From the human T2T-CHM13v2.0 reference genome, Homo sapiens: a DNA stretch of 64,000 nucleotides. The first letter of the stretch is position 1. Every line of letters starts with the position of its first letter. Under the pieces are notes generated by a model. That model was not told where the DNA came from. It made no database searches and was given only the letters and a program-made list of their open reading frames with translations. Both the position numbers and the translations under genes were made by a program. Below are positions 11,324 to 27,410 of the stretch, piece after piece. The stretch lies in the NCBI RefSeq assembly GCF_009914755.1, contig NC_060927.1, one strand, 5' to 3'.

Positions 11324-14300
11324 GTGAGTTGGCTCACTCTCATTGCATTTTGTTGGAATGTGTTGGTGATAGGTCCGAAATTTGCAAAATTATTGTATTA
11401 TCCTTATATCATTTTTTTTTGCAGTGCTCTTGTTTTATAAGAAGAATCCAATTCACTTGGGTCATAGGCTAACGGTTGTAAAAATAGTGTCATTGTTATA
11501 AAAGAAATCAAGTCAAAAATAGTCGTCTGCCATGAAGAAACTAAAATTTTTCTTCTTTTCCTTGCAAGATTAGGGACAAAATGTAAAGTTTATTTGTGTA
11601 AATTATCATTTGGATATAAAACCAGACAATGATAAACTGAGTTGTATAATACCTATTCCTGGAAAACCTCTGATTTTGAAGTACATTATTTTAACCCCAA
11701 CTGTTTCTGTCATTCGTGAGACAAATTGTTAACTGGATTTATTAAGAGAACAATGAATAACTTAACTCTTTAAAAGGACCTGGGCAAATCTTCGACAGGT
11801 TTCAGGTATTTTATGGCAGTCTTTCTGTCTATTGCTAAGTGATCGATTGCTGACTGAGAACAGAACCAACTGATGGTGCTAGATGATTTAGAAAACCTTT
11901 CTGGTATAGGGACTGGCATGGACATTCACTGTGGCTTTTCTCTTAAAGAAATACCTTTCACTCCTAGGGGAGTTTGACAGAAGACACTCATAGATGCTAC
12001 CAGTTAGCATTTGGAGTAATATATCAAAACATTCTGTTCAAGTTTTAAAGTAAGTTTTGTGTAGTATATTTTCAATCAGATTCACTTTGGAATCAAATAC
12101 ACTTTATTTGATTCCAAATAAAGTGTATTTGAATATTCACTTTAATATACGAAACTTTAAAGGTAATGTCTCAGCCAAAAAGTGAAGTGTATTACAAAAC
12201 TGTCCATTTTTGTCTTCTTGTGTACTTCACATAATTTTTCTCCCTGATTTAAATTATATGATATTTGATAGTTAACTTGCTAATAATTATGTCTTAAGAG
12301 ATCTTTGAATCAACTGGTGGCCATCTCAGTCTTTTAAAACTCACTTGAAGGAAAAGAGAAACACTAATGATGGTTTTTTTTAAAATCAAAAACTTTTTTC
12401 ATATTTACAAGTTTGTTTCTAGTTCTTAAACAATAACTGCTGTAAAACCATGGCATCAGTGAGGTATAAAGTTTTGTAGAATCCCAGGCTGAAGACTTTT
12501 TGGATGTCGTTTTCTCATTTCTTTACATTAAAAAGAATATAATTTCTTTTTAAAATTAAAACTAAAATGTCCACCGGCCTCATATTCTTTATTGAACTTA
12601 AGTGCTTTGAAAATATTTTTGCGATTGATATTTTTAATGATAAAATATAATATTTTCTTTGAAGGACTAGTTTCCTAAATGTTCATTTTTTTGTATGTTT
12701 CAGAACTACTTTTAAAAAAATTCTAGATTATGCTTTAAATTGCAATATTTCTAAATTCCTATGACATTTAAAATGTGTACAAGAGAAAAGGTGTGACATG
12801 AGGAATATGAATTAGAAGTGGATTACTAATGGTCGTAGTGAATTGTTTTTAATCAGTGTTATATAAATATAAACAAATACTTTTTTCTTCTGTAATTTTC
12901 TGACAATAAGGATGTTAGCCACTAACCTTAATTATCAAGATAATTATGTGCATGAAAGCTGTGTAAAAGGCACAACCGTGGAACATATACAAGTATTAAT
13001 AATACATTTCATTTAGTTTTCAGGTTATAAAATCGTTATTAATAACAAGAGGCTTTCATGAAGTAGGAAAATATGTTAAAATGACATTTTCTGAATGTTT
13101 CACACATTCTGGCCCACACTTTCACTTCTTTCCTAGCATCTATATATTCCCAATGCATAGGACAGAGTTGGTCATTCTAATTGTGGGTGTCTTTCTGCTG
13201 GATTCGTTGTCACTTGGACTTGGAAATACAGTATGTCATTAGGTGTGGCAAATGTACTGGAAGAAGTTTTTGGTCTCATAGGATTCCACTAAATAAATAT
13301 TAGCTGTAGAGGATTTTTAAAAACTCACTAATAGAGAAAACTTGGTGAAGTCACTAGTGTGTAAGCGTAAACATATGCACCCCCCACAACTGAATTTCTA
13401 ATTTGCTTATTTTTCCTGGTAGATCTCCACTTTGCTTACTCTCTCTTAATATCCCAAAGCAACAAAAAGCGCAGTGATTTTAATTGCTTACAAAGGTCCT
13501 TTGAAACGGATCTAATTTGACTCCACAAAAGAATAGTAAGAGTTGTGAACAACCATCTTGCAAGTGTAGATATCCCCAGCGTATCAACTTCAGTTAGTTT
13601 CATAGCGTTCTAAATCAAAAATTTAGATTTAAGATTATTTGAAATCTTCTTGGAAGTTCTTACTTACTGTTTGCGTTTTCTCAAAATACAGAGGTAGATT
13701 GGGGGAGTAATATAGTATATGTTTTAAAGCTGTTATTTAACTAAAATGTCATGTTTTAAATTTTATTTAATGCACTTAAAGTAGGTTCTTGGGATAAAAT
13801 CTATTCAGATGCAATAGGCCATGTTTTGGGGAAAACTTTTGTAGATGTTTAGATAATATCTGTCATCAATAATAGTATATGTTTAAATTATTTTGTAAAA
13901 ACAGATTTACATATTTTTAAAATTTCTCTTCAACAATAAGTACACATCAATATTTTAATGCCGAGAATTTCATTCAGAGTATGACTGTTTACATTTTCAA
14001 CTGTTTCAATTATTATGGCTTAGGCAAGTACCTTATCCTTTCTCTCAATTTTGTCATCTTTGAAACGGAGAAAGTGTTGCAGTTATTATTGCTTGCTCTT
14101 TTGCTATGATTTTAAGGCTTTATGAGCAAACCCATGTACTTTAAATGATGTGACCATGACCCTGAATTTAATTGAGCTGATATTCTGAAAAGAACCTTCA
14201 TGAATATCTATGTCATAGCTAACTCTTTTACCAATGTTAATAGTTCACTGTAGTTCAAACCTCAATAACTTTGAGATTGTTAAGATTGAAGATGATGCTT

Positions 14301-16801
14301 CTCATGTGGTGATCAATTTATAAACTGTTTCTGGGAATATTTTATTATCATTCAATTTAAAATTGTATTTTCCATTCCCTGATGACTTTGGACAAAAATC
14401 AGCATAGTAATTATTTTTATTCCAGCTTTGCGAGTCCTGTGTAGCCCCTCTTATGTTAATATTATACATCCGATGCATCTAGAAGGCACAGATTGTGCGC
14501 TTTGATTTGATAAAGCTCTAGTCTTTGCATATCTTTATGGCACACCTTGTGAATTCTTAACGTATATTCCCCAGGAGCAAGTTCGTTTTATAATGAGGCC
14601 TAGGATCCATCAGATCAGAAGACAGTTTAGTGTCACAACTTAAAAGACTAAATAGTGACTTGTGCTTGTCATTAAAAATGGGTCTCTTTCAACAAGCACT
14701 CACCAAAAAATAGTGTTTTAGTGGCTTGAAAGGTTCAGATATCTCCTAATAACCCACCTATTTGCTAGTAGGGAGTAAGTGGAAAAACATATAATTAACT
14801 GTGCACCATCCAAATAATAAATTTTAAATTCTTCGCGTGAATTGTTGATACATATTGTTGTGAAGTGTCTCCTGCTTAAGAAAGTAAGGGACTTGGACTG
14901 AATATGCCAAAGAGGAGGCCTCTGCAAGCGGTGTCTTGGTGATGGGAAGTTACTGGTAACAGCACACGGGGTGATGGGGTGAAGAGGCTTGTGTGCGTGG
15001 GCCCCGGGGGCTGAGGATTGTCGGAGAGGACTTCTCCCACCCTCTCTGGGCCCCAAACTGCACACTGGACTGGCAAGCCACTCTGCCCACTGCAGTGTGG
15101 AGCTACAAAGCCCAAGTAGGGACTTCACTAAAAGGATGCAGAGGCGAAGGCAAAGAAAGGCTCATGCTGGTGCGTGTAGGTGGGCTGAGTGTCCCTGTCC
15201 GGGAGTGGGGAGCCGTGTTATCTTCCACTGCCTTAATCCTACAGCGTAGGCTTTCTCAGAGTCATTGCCATACCTTCAACTGTTCCAGTGGCCAGGCTGT
15301 TCTCAACTTGAAAATCTTTTGTGGGACAGTGCCATGAATTTTTTTTCCTACTGCGATTTTTTAGATATAAAGGAATTGAATCCATTAAGTGGAGATTTTA
15401 AACCCTCCAGTCAGGATTTAAACTAGATTGTGTAAGTTCAGTTCAGTTGGATTCAATATCTGTTTAGGAAGCATTTTTATTCCACTTCATTGATTTTAGA
15501 AAATAAATTCATTGCTTGGTTTTAACTATGTCACTATTAAAAAAAAACCACTTTAATTTGTGGACTCATCTGGGAGGATTATGTGTGGATATGACATATT
15601 GAGTCAGATTATCTGACCTTCTGAGAAGAGTTCAGATTAGCAAAAACGTGGGGTGAGAAGTCCTTCGCAGTTTGCCACAGGTAAGGAGAAGGTAGATATG
15701 AGGGAGGTAGAGAAATAGGGAAATACCCTGAGTAGGAATGTACCAGGTCTGTATATGCTCAACTCCCACAGTCAGCAGGTTGCATGATTACTGTGTATAG
15801 TCTTAAAATATAAGGTTGATTTCTAAGAATTTACCCTGCTTCTTGGTGACATTGTAGGACATCTCAGTTTGCCACTTAGCACTGTTATTCTTTCTGGCTC
15901 TATACTAAAGGAGATAATTTGGGCAAGGGAATGGAAAGAGGTTACTTTTTCATCCTGTATGTTTAAGGAATAAATTTTCCTTCATATCGAGGGCAGTGGA
16001 GAAATATAACTGTCAAACTGTTCGAGTGCAATGATGAAGTTCCGGAAGGAACTTCCTAACCTTGACCACACCCCTCTGGCTGTCATACACCTCTTAAAAT
16101 GTCTTTGAATTTGAATGTCTTTGAATTGAAATTTAAAATGTCTTTGAATTTGAAAGCTTTGGGTCTACTTTTAAAATGCCAAAGTTCCTGGCAGGGTTAG
16201 TTCACTAAACCACTATCAGCAAAAATGTGAAAGGCTAGTTGCTTGTTTCCTTGCTACCTGAAAACAAGGCCTTTAAGGAGTAGAAAACAGATTTGGAGTT
16301 TGAAAGAGGGGGTTAGGAGAGGGAAAAATAAAGTTATTGCATGTCCCAGTTTCCTCATAAGCCAGAAACTTTGAAACAAAATAGGAAAATAACCATTTGG
16401 AATAGCAGTGATAGGAAAAGATATATTTACCCATCATTTTTTTTCTCTTAGTCAAGACAAGTCGCAGATCTTCCTTGAACCATTTTTGACCTCAAAACAG
16501 TTATTATGAAACATCAATTAAACTAAGAAATGTAATCACAGTTCAAGTTATGAGCTAGTATTATCTTAATGTAATTAAATATCTGAATATTATCACTTCA
16601 TTATATCTTGTATTTCCTCTGTGATGTTAGACAAATTATGTGGTCTCTTCATGAGTCAACTCTTCCAGGCTTTAAAAGTAGCTTCCTAATAGATTGAAAT
16701 GAGAGGAACTTTTCAATCACTTCAGAAAATGATGTGCCAAGGTAGTATAAATAATGCTTAATCCTTTGGCAGATCCACAGATCATAAAATATCATACATG
16801 C

Positions 16802-17095
<294 letters not shown>

Positions 17096-17651
17096 TTATT
17101 ATTATACATACTTAATTTTATTTTTGCTGAAAATAGTATGGCAAGCCAGTGCATCTCTGTTAGAAATAGAAACTTAGTAGCCACCTCAAAAGCAAGATCA
17201 TAATTCTGTGAATCAGCTAATAGGTGGTATTTAGCAGTTAGGTATGGGCTACCCTCGTGCCTCATGACTAATCACATTGCTTACTCGTCATGCATTTTTT
17301 ACAAAGTCTTGCTAAAGTCTGTGAATCTAAAACAGAGAATCTCAAAGTGTTCCTTACTGAATGTTATCCTTTCCGTCAGTTGATAATTACCTGTGTAAAC
17401 AAGCTTTTGACTGCATCTAGAAAAGCACCTATATAAATTCTTCTGTTTTATATGGTGGATAAAGTTTATAAAGGAGAACAAACATAAGAATGATGTCAAT
17501 ATAAATGAAGTAGAAACTTCAAAAATCATTTGCATATGTCAAGTATAATCCAGAAGAGTGAAGAAAATACCCAGGCATTTGGCAATATAGGATTACTACA
17601 TGTTTTCCTAAAGAATTTGGAACTGATTAGAAACATCCTGATTTTATTTAA

Positions 17652-18689
<1,038 letters not shown>

Positions 18690-20209
18690 TCAGTGTGCTT
18701 TGGATGATTTCTAGTAAGCCTTACCCTTGCTTATGGTTAAGTTCTTTGCCCTATCTCTCTCCACTCATAGGATCTCTTGGAACCATCCTATAAAACTACC
18801 CCCATTGGCCTATCATTTATTACTTAGAAAAGCTCAGTAGTGGTGTCAATAAGCTTTTGTCAAGAGGCTAGCCGGCTCACTAATTAGACCTTGCAACACT
18901 GGTTCGTTTTAGCTTAGCATGGCTGCTTAGGAATCCCTAGTCTCCGCGTCAAAGACTACAACTTCAAAGACTGGATTTTATAAAATCACAGAAGATGATC
19001 GGCCCTAGAGGACTGGTTCATGTTAAACAGATTTACAAGATATGGATTTGTAAACCTCAATTCCAGTTTAATAATAGTAGAAAATATTCCCTTCCTAGTG
19101 ATTGTTGATAATAGTTTTTTTTATTTTAAAATTATATAATTTCAAGGATTGAAGAGATTTACACTCATATATATCTGATGTCACTAAGATTTAGTTCAGG
19201 TTACTTAGAAAGCATTGGGCAATGTTTTGTAACTTTTGGGACTTTTTCCAAAGGGCTGGAGAATATAGGAAAAGCCGTATACACGAAGAGTTTCATAAAA
19301 GCATTGTTATAAGAACCCATATTTGGAAGTAACTTAAATATCCAACAGTAGGGAGATGTTTAAATAAATTATGGTATAATCAATAGTTAAAATATTGTAC
19401 AGTTATAATGACAATTTAGAAACTACTCGCAACTCTGAAGAATATTTAAAAAGTAGGATAAAAAATGTGTGTGAACTATTGATTGGAACCTTACAAAAAT
19501 GTATGTATATGAAAAAGTCTGGAAGAGAATATACAAAAGTGGTAATAGTTATGTTACAGTAGTGAGATATGGAGGGCTTTTTGTTTGTTTTTATATTTTT
19601 CTCTCTTTCCCAAAGTTTATTCAGTAGTATAAAATTACTTCTATAATCAAAAGCATACATTTATAGCTTTTTTTTCTTTTTGGTGTGTCTGTGCTTCTGA
19701 TAGTAAAGATCAAGGCAATATATGATTTTTTTCCTATTATACCCAAAATTTATTTTATACTAAATTTTATTTCACATATTGGACTTCCCTGTACATTTTA
19801 CTTGCCTAGTCTCTATTTGGCATGGGGAAAGAAACCCATCTCTGTTATGGCCTCTTAATGTTCTCAGCCATACGTAAGGTTTAATTTTGTTGATTTGTTT
19901 GGGTCCGTGATCTACTTGATCTTTAGCATATGCTGGCAAATAGAGCTTTTAAAAAATAGTTTCCAGAGTTACTTTCTTTTAAAGCCCTTCTCTCTTTATT
20001 TTTTTCTAATTTTTTTCTATTATGTTCCTTTTTTTCTAAAATTGAATGACCTCATGATAGAGTTACCCAGTTTTCCTGCTGCTGACAGAATGTTGCACTT
20101 ATAAATAGCAGCTGATGCAGATGCACAGAAAGGTAAATTTCTGTTACAAATGTTCATTATGAGCCCTTCATATAATTTGTGATAATAATTTTAAAAATAA
20201 AAAGAAATG

Positions 20210-20679
<470 letters not shown>

Positions 20680-20914
20680 TTAAGTGGTTTTGCCTTTGAC
20701 AGCGGTTACAGATTACATTTTTCTTGTCACTTTCTTTGGGACTTCTTTTGTGAAACTTGTGGCATGTCCTAGAATAATCTTTATCTTAAAGTTTTAAAAA
20801 CTTTTTAGAAATTTCATATCAGTGTTATAAATATTTATTCTGTATGCCTCCCCAGTTTGGGATGATTTCATCCTTAATGATAAGCCAAGACAAACTTCAG
20901 CTAACAATATTTAG

Positions 20915-21316
<402 letters not shown>

Positions 21317-24300
21317 TGAAGCTTTTTTTAAATGAAGATTTATTCAACAAATGTCTATTGAGCCCCTTATTTGTGCCACAAGCTGTTTCAGATAAGGAGG
21401 ATAAAGCAATGAACAGACAAATTCCATTCCTCCTTGAGTTTACAATTATTGTTATCTAGATTTAACGAGAACATTTTTCAATGGGAATGACGGTGACTAA
21501 GAGGGGGTGAATGGGCCTGTGTCTTGTAACTAGATGGCATTGCTAGGCACCGTGGACTCAGGGGGCTCTCTCTGAGATTGGTATAGTGTATGGGAAAGAA
21601 AATCTGTATCCTTGAATATTTTTTCCCAGCTCTCTTACTATCCTATTATCTTAGGTTATGTTGCATGTATTCTATATTGTATATTATGCATAATATATTT
21701 ATAATTTCTGTCTCAGTAATGAAGTGATTTCAGAGGAGGTAAGAATGAATCCTTTGCTAATAAGTTATTACTTTCCTTGAAAATCCAAATGACAAGAGGA
21801 TTATTCACTTTGCAAAAGGATTATTTATTTTTATAATGTTTTCACAGTAGATTTAAGTGGTTAACTATTCAAGTGAATTTAATTTATAAATAAATCAATT
21901 AATTTAAAAAAATTATTTAACCCTAAGAAAATGTAAAACAAAGTTCATGGAGACTGTCCCATTAACATCAAAAAAACTTTTTTTCTTGGGAGATAAAGTT
22001 GGCTACTTTCTCTTTAAAAGGCCATTACAAACTTTTACAAGCTTAGAATATAATATTTGCGTAAAAGGAGACCCAGATCCTATTTTAAATGACCAAATTA
22101 TTTTGATCAAATTACTTACTATAGCTATTTTCAATGTCTGTATTCACAAACTGTTTACTATTTCAGTTCTGTTTTCAAGTTGACAGAAAATATCATATTG
22201 ACCACTTAGAAATAAATTCTGAACCACATGAATTTTTTGGGAAAAAATGATAAGGAAAATCAATTTTGATGGACTTTATATAAAGTTAAATAGAATTAAT
22301 TCTTTCATATATACAGGGCCGTGAAATGTTACAGTGTAACTCAATACAGATGTAACCAAAACCTTCAAATTTTGCAAATTTCACCAGAGTTAATTTGTTT
22401 GGTTCTACAAACATTTACCAAATGACCACTCATTAAACCTGCCCACCTATGAACATGACCTTATAAAATGGTGAGACATAGCAGTATCTGGCACTGGGCA
22501 CACAGATTACCACGGCTCAATAAAAGCTGAGAAAATGACTCAGTGATTGAACACAGCGCATTGCCATGGTTGTGTCTTTAAGCCATTCATGTAATTCATG
22601 CTGTGTATTCGACTTAGCCTGCTGTATGATCTTTGATCCTAACCAAGCACAATACAGCCACAGTTAATTTCTTTTTATCATGAACATTAAATTTTTAAAT
22701 GTCAGGTTGACTTTCTTTGTCCTATAACTTGTGTATGAAATATTTATCCTGGTCCCAGCTTTTTTTTTTTTCATTCTCAAAGGAGGTGAAACCAGCTTTT
22801 GAATTCAGAAAATGCAGACTAATATTAATATCAGCCAAAGTAAAACATAATTAGAAGGCAGATCTACTCTGAAATGGAATCTGATATATTCCATGTTCTG
22901 TGTTACACATATTTGCTGATTATTTGATGTCATGTCTGATAATTTTCATGGGAAAATTCCATGTACCAAGCAAAATTGTTAGTTCCTAGAGGGTAAGAAT
23001 GTGTATAGTAGTTCTCATTCTCTTTACCTTGCTGTGCACTGTATACCTTCCCTAATTCCCAGCCAAACTGGGTGCACTATATACACTTTTTAATACTTTT
23101 CAACTTGATTTTATTTTGAGGACAAGTGTGTGCTTTTTCAGTATCACTTGTATAGGATTCTCCACAATCTTAGGGAATTTCCTAAACTACTCTTTAAAAT
23201 ATTAATTCCTATTTTATGTATTGTTTTTGTGATACATAATGATATGAAACTAATGCCAGGAGAAATTTCCATTTTGTTATTCTAAAGCAGACAAAATGGG
23301 ATATGAAAGGGAAAAATGTTAATTATAGACTTCAACATTCTATGTTGGACCTCGTAGTTGTTCTGGTCAGAAGAACAGGTTTTTTAATGGCCTAAGGGCC
23401 AGAGCATTGTTTTGCATTCTTGTTTGGAGACTTTCAATGGCAACTGTAACAAACTCTGCTTAGTACCACAGTTGGAGAAAGGTTTACAATAATGCCCAGT
23501 ACAAAATGTTATTCAGACTTACTACTCATGCATAAAATAAAACTGGTTCTCTTCTTAAACTTCGTTACATATTAGATAAAACACTATCAAGTTTTGGCCT
23601 CATTTGTTCATAATATGTAATTTAATTCAGTTGCTCAGCTAGTTCATATATGAATCACAAGTATTATCATCACAATTATTTAACAGTTAATCTCCTTTTA
23701 TAGGGTAGATATGTGTTAATAAGCAACTTCAAAATACCAAAGAAACTGCTTTACATATACAAGCAAAGCAAATAGATGGACCTTGTGACATCTCTGGACA
23801 CCCAGTCTTCTTGGTAGGCCTTCATCTGTGGGTGTAGAACGAAGGTAGGAGTCTGCTCACTAAAGATCAATGCAAGGAACTTCCATGCTCTCCACTGCTG
23901 GGCAACCTGCCATTCTCCTCCTGCCACCACACCTGTTCAGCTACTAGGGCAAAGAAGTGCCCTGCTAGACACAAGCAGATGCTTCTCTTACCAAGAGAAG
24001 ATAATATAAGGAAGGATAAAGAACTGAAACAGGTTTGAGGCTTTCTCTTATTCATCATCTAGACTTCAGTTTTCTTGATTTATTATTCCTTCATGTCTTG
24101 CCAGACACAACAGTTGCACATGTGTTCAAGTTGGTTCTAGGCACAAAGGGAGATACCAGAGCTTCTGTAGCTACGAGATTATCATCTGCGTGAGCCAAGA
24201 AGGGGTAGTGTTGAAACAGGTAACTAACAATTCACAGCAGTATGTGATTAAGGGCTAAAATAAGTAAAGGGAGAAAACAAATGCTACAGAAATTCAGAGA

Positions 24301-24459
24301 AGGCTAAGATCAGTGTGGAGTGGAGGGTACAGCCAGGTAAAGCCTTGTAGAGAAAGTGGGAATTGAACTAAACTTTGGAAGCTCAGGGATTGACAGGATA
24401 GCCTCACGAAAAATACTAAAAACAATACAGAAGAAGAAACAAGAAGGGAATTAAAGGAT

Positions 24460-24720
24460 GATTCCATTTGTACAAAATATCCCGAGTAGGTACATCCATA
24501 GAGATAGGAAGCAGATGAGTTGCCAGGGGCTGAAGAGAAAGGAAAGGGGGAGTGACTGCTTAATGGGTACAGGATTTCCTTTGGAGGTGATGAACATGTT
24601 TTGGAACTACACAGAAGTGATGATTGCACAGCTTTAAGAATTACTAAATACCATTGGATTGTACACACTTCATAAATACATTTTAAATTGTGAATTTTAC
24701 CTCAAATTAAGAAAAAAAAA
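24460..24720 (+). mobile_element. L1M 3'-end fragment within L2 remnants
   Basis: ATGATTCCATTTGTACAAAATATCC...GTTGCCAGGGGCTG...AATGGGTACAGGATTTCCTTTGGAGGTGATGAA. Confidence 0.65.
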
Positions 24721-25385
24721 GTTCCTGGTTTGAGGTAACCAAAAGAGAAAATAATTTCCAGTATAAGAAAACAAAGCCTGGAATAGCAAATAAGCATAGA
24801 GTTAAGGGAAGGTTTGCAGAGATTAACCAGTTTGAAGTGGAGAGTGCGTGGATGTGAGTAGTGAGAAACATGGTTGGAAGTGTAGATTTTAGGCCAGATG
24901 ATAAAAGGTCTGGAATGCAGGAGAAGGAGTGTGGGTTTTATCTCAGGAGCGGGGAGATTCCATATCGTAAGAAGAGGGGTGAGATGATTGAATCAGAAGA
25001 TTAATTTGGCAGTAGCATGCAGGGAAAGCAGTCAGGAGGCTGCTGCAAAATCCGGACATACCATGAGGAGGGCCTGTAAGAGTGAAGTGGAAGGGCAGAT
25101 GTGGACGATGCTCTGAAGCAGAGAATGATGCTCAAAGTGTGGTCCGTGGCTTGATGCTGCCCCACAAGTGTTAGTTACAGACCTGGCACACAGTAAGGGT
25201 AGATTTGAGGGTAAGTCTTTAAAACTTTAATATTATTATGATATTCAAGCGCATGATTTTGCATTTCATAGCAATATCCACAGTAGGTGTAAGAGACAAG
25301 AAAACTTCCTTCATGCCAGGGTTAGAAGACCGCTGCCCTAAAGGATGAATGAGTGGAGTTGATGACTGACTCCTGTAGGGCAGTC

Positions 25386-25684
25386 TTTTTTTTTTTGGAG
25401 ATGGAGTCTCACTGTGTCACCCAGGCTAGAGTGCAGTGGCACGATCTTGACTCACTGAAACCTCCGCTTCCTGGGTTCAAGCGATTCTCCTGCCTTACCC
25501 TCCTGAGTAGCTGGGATTACAGGCATGCACCACCACACCCGGCTAGTTTTTAAAAGTATTTTTAGTAGAGATGGGGTTTCGCCATATTAGCTAGGCTGGT
25601 TTCGAACTCCTGACCTCAAGTGATCTGCCCGCCTCAGCCTCCCAAAGTGCTGGGATTACAGGTGTGAGCCACTGTGCCTGGCCA
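25386..25684 (-). mobile_element. Alu (AluS)
   Basis: Antisense dimer with flanking GGCAGTC direct repeats. Confidence 0.9.
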
Positions 25685-27174
25685 GGCAGTCATGTTTTAT
25701 GGCTCCTTTACAGTGTTCCACCCCTTGTGCTAGACACTGGGACCAGAGCAGTAGGCAAGATGGACTGGCACTTTCCCTTGTGGAGCTCGCTGTCACATAA
25801 ATAGTCCTTCTTTGTCAAAGGATTGCTAGGAATTAAAGGGAGGTCTGGTTCAGCTCAGCATAAGGAAAGCATTCTAATAACTACAGCTGTCCCATAGTGG
25901 GAAAGGATGATTTGTGAGAAAGTGAGTGCTTCGTCATTGGACATATTCATGCAGAGTCTGAATCATCTCTCAAGAAGTCTTGCTTTGGTGGGAGAAATGG
26001 AGTGGGTGACTTATCAGGTCTTGTGTAACTAAGGTGCCATGATTCCCTATTCTCTAATGTGAACTTAGTAGAACATATTTTCTTCATAACTGGCTGTATT
26101 GGAACACCAGTACATATACTAAGTTTCTGTCTGTTTCTATTAGCACTTGGAATTACAGTTACCTAAATTTACATGTAGATTCAATTTTGAACTTATCTGT
26201 ACAGTTAGTTCCACAATTCTTTTTAAAGCAAGTACTATTCTCTAATGCCTTCTCAGACATTCACTTATTTCCAACTTTAATATTTATAGTAAGTTCCTCT
26301 TTCACGTGATGTGTGTCACAAGTCACGCAAATTTCTGCAGAAGTGAGTTACATAAATTGCAGTCAAGCTGCTGACCTGTAAATCATTCATTCTTGCCCCC
26401 GTGATGTCATATTGGGGTTGAATAAGACCAGGCGTGACTACCCACTTGAGGATGTCTTTGGGATGCCATTTTAATTGGGTGAAATAACTTTTATTATTCA
26501 ACTTATGTGACCAGTTACTGCAAACGTCAAACTGTTACGTTTAACAGCTAGAATGATCATAGGTTAATTGCACTTTAGAGGATGTGGAGGACGTAGACTC
26601 CTATAGGAGTGATAGCCTTACTATATTTTGGGGGAAATTCTAGAATGTTTTTAACTCAAAGGACATTATTTTCATGAGGATGATTTTAATGCTTATGGTA
26701 TCAGGTGAAGAAAAATGTTAGCTGCAGAAGAAAAAAATTTGTTTCACTTCAAGTCTAGTAGAATATTTTGTTAAAATAGCCAATTTTCATTATGTATTAT
26801 TAAAACAGGTTATACTTTTCATTAAGATGTATGTAAAAATTTCACATGTGCCTGGTATTACACAGTATTTACCCAATAAATATTTATTGAATATTGTTGA
26901 ATGAATGTGAGGTGAGGGCGGAGAAAATATTTCAAATGGAAAAATAGTATGAGCAAAGGAAAACGTGAATACAGAAAGAAGCAAAGATAGTTTCTTTAAA
27001 GTCGCATTTATATGTAATAACAATGGGAAAACTTTTTGGCTGAGTAATTTTGGTGGCTCCTTAATTTCTTAATATTTAACAACTAATGACGACTCTCTCT
27101 GATACTGATATCCAAAGCAAATAGCTGACCTTGAACATGGAAAAGTTACTGCCTCTGACTAATTGGAATGTCTG

Positions 27175-27410
27175 AGCCTTTCTTGTCTTCTATCTTCTTT
27201 CCTTCCTTTCTTCCTCTCTTTCCTCCTCTTTTCCCCTCAATTGTAGCACTAGCTCTTGTTCTTGTTCCCTCTACCCTTCTCCCCTTTTTCGTTCCTGGTG
27301 TTCCCTATGTTTTCTTCTTTCCTTCTTTTCTGTCTCTGTTTCTCTCCCTCTGAATTTCTGCTTCCTTTCCTCTCTTTCCCAGTTGCTACTGTCTCTGCCT
27401 TTGGTTGTCT
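27175..27410 (+). repeat. CT-rich low-complexity polypyrimidine tract
   Basis: About 230 bp composed mostly of C and T. Confidence 0.7.

Noticed and set aside
15661-15686. Second AG|GT junction (TTTGCCACAG|GTAAGG) as a recursive site or 10-nt microexon
   Set aside because: The pyrimidine tract is short and interrupted by another AG, which is too weak without RNA evidence.
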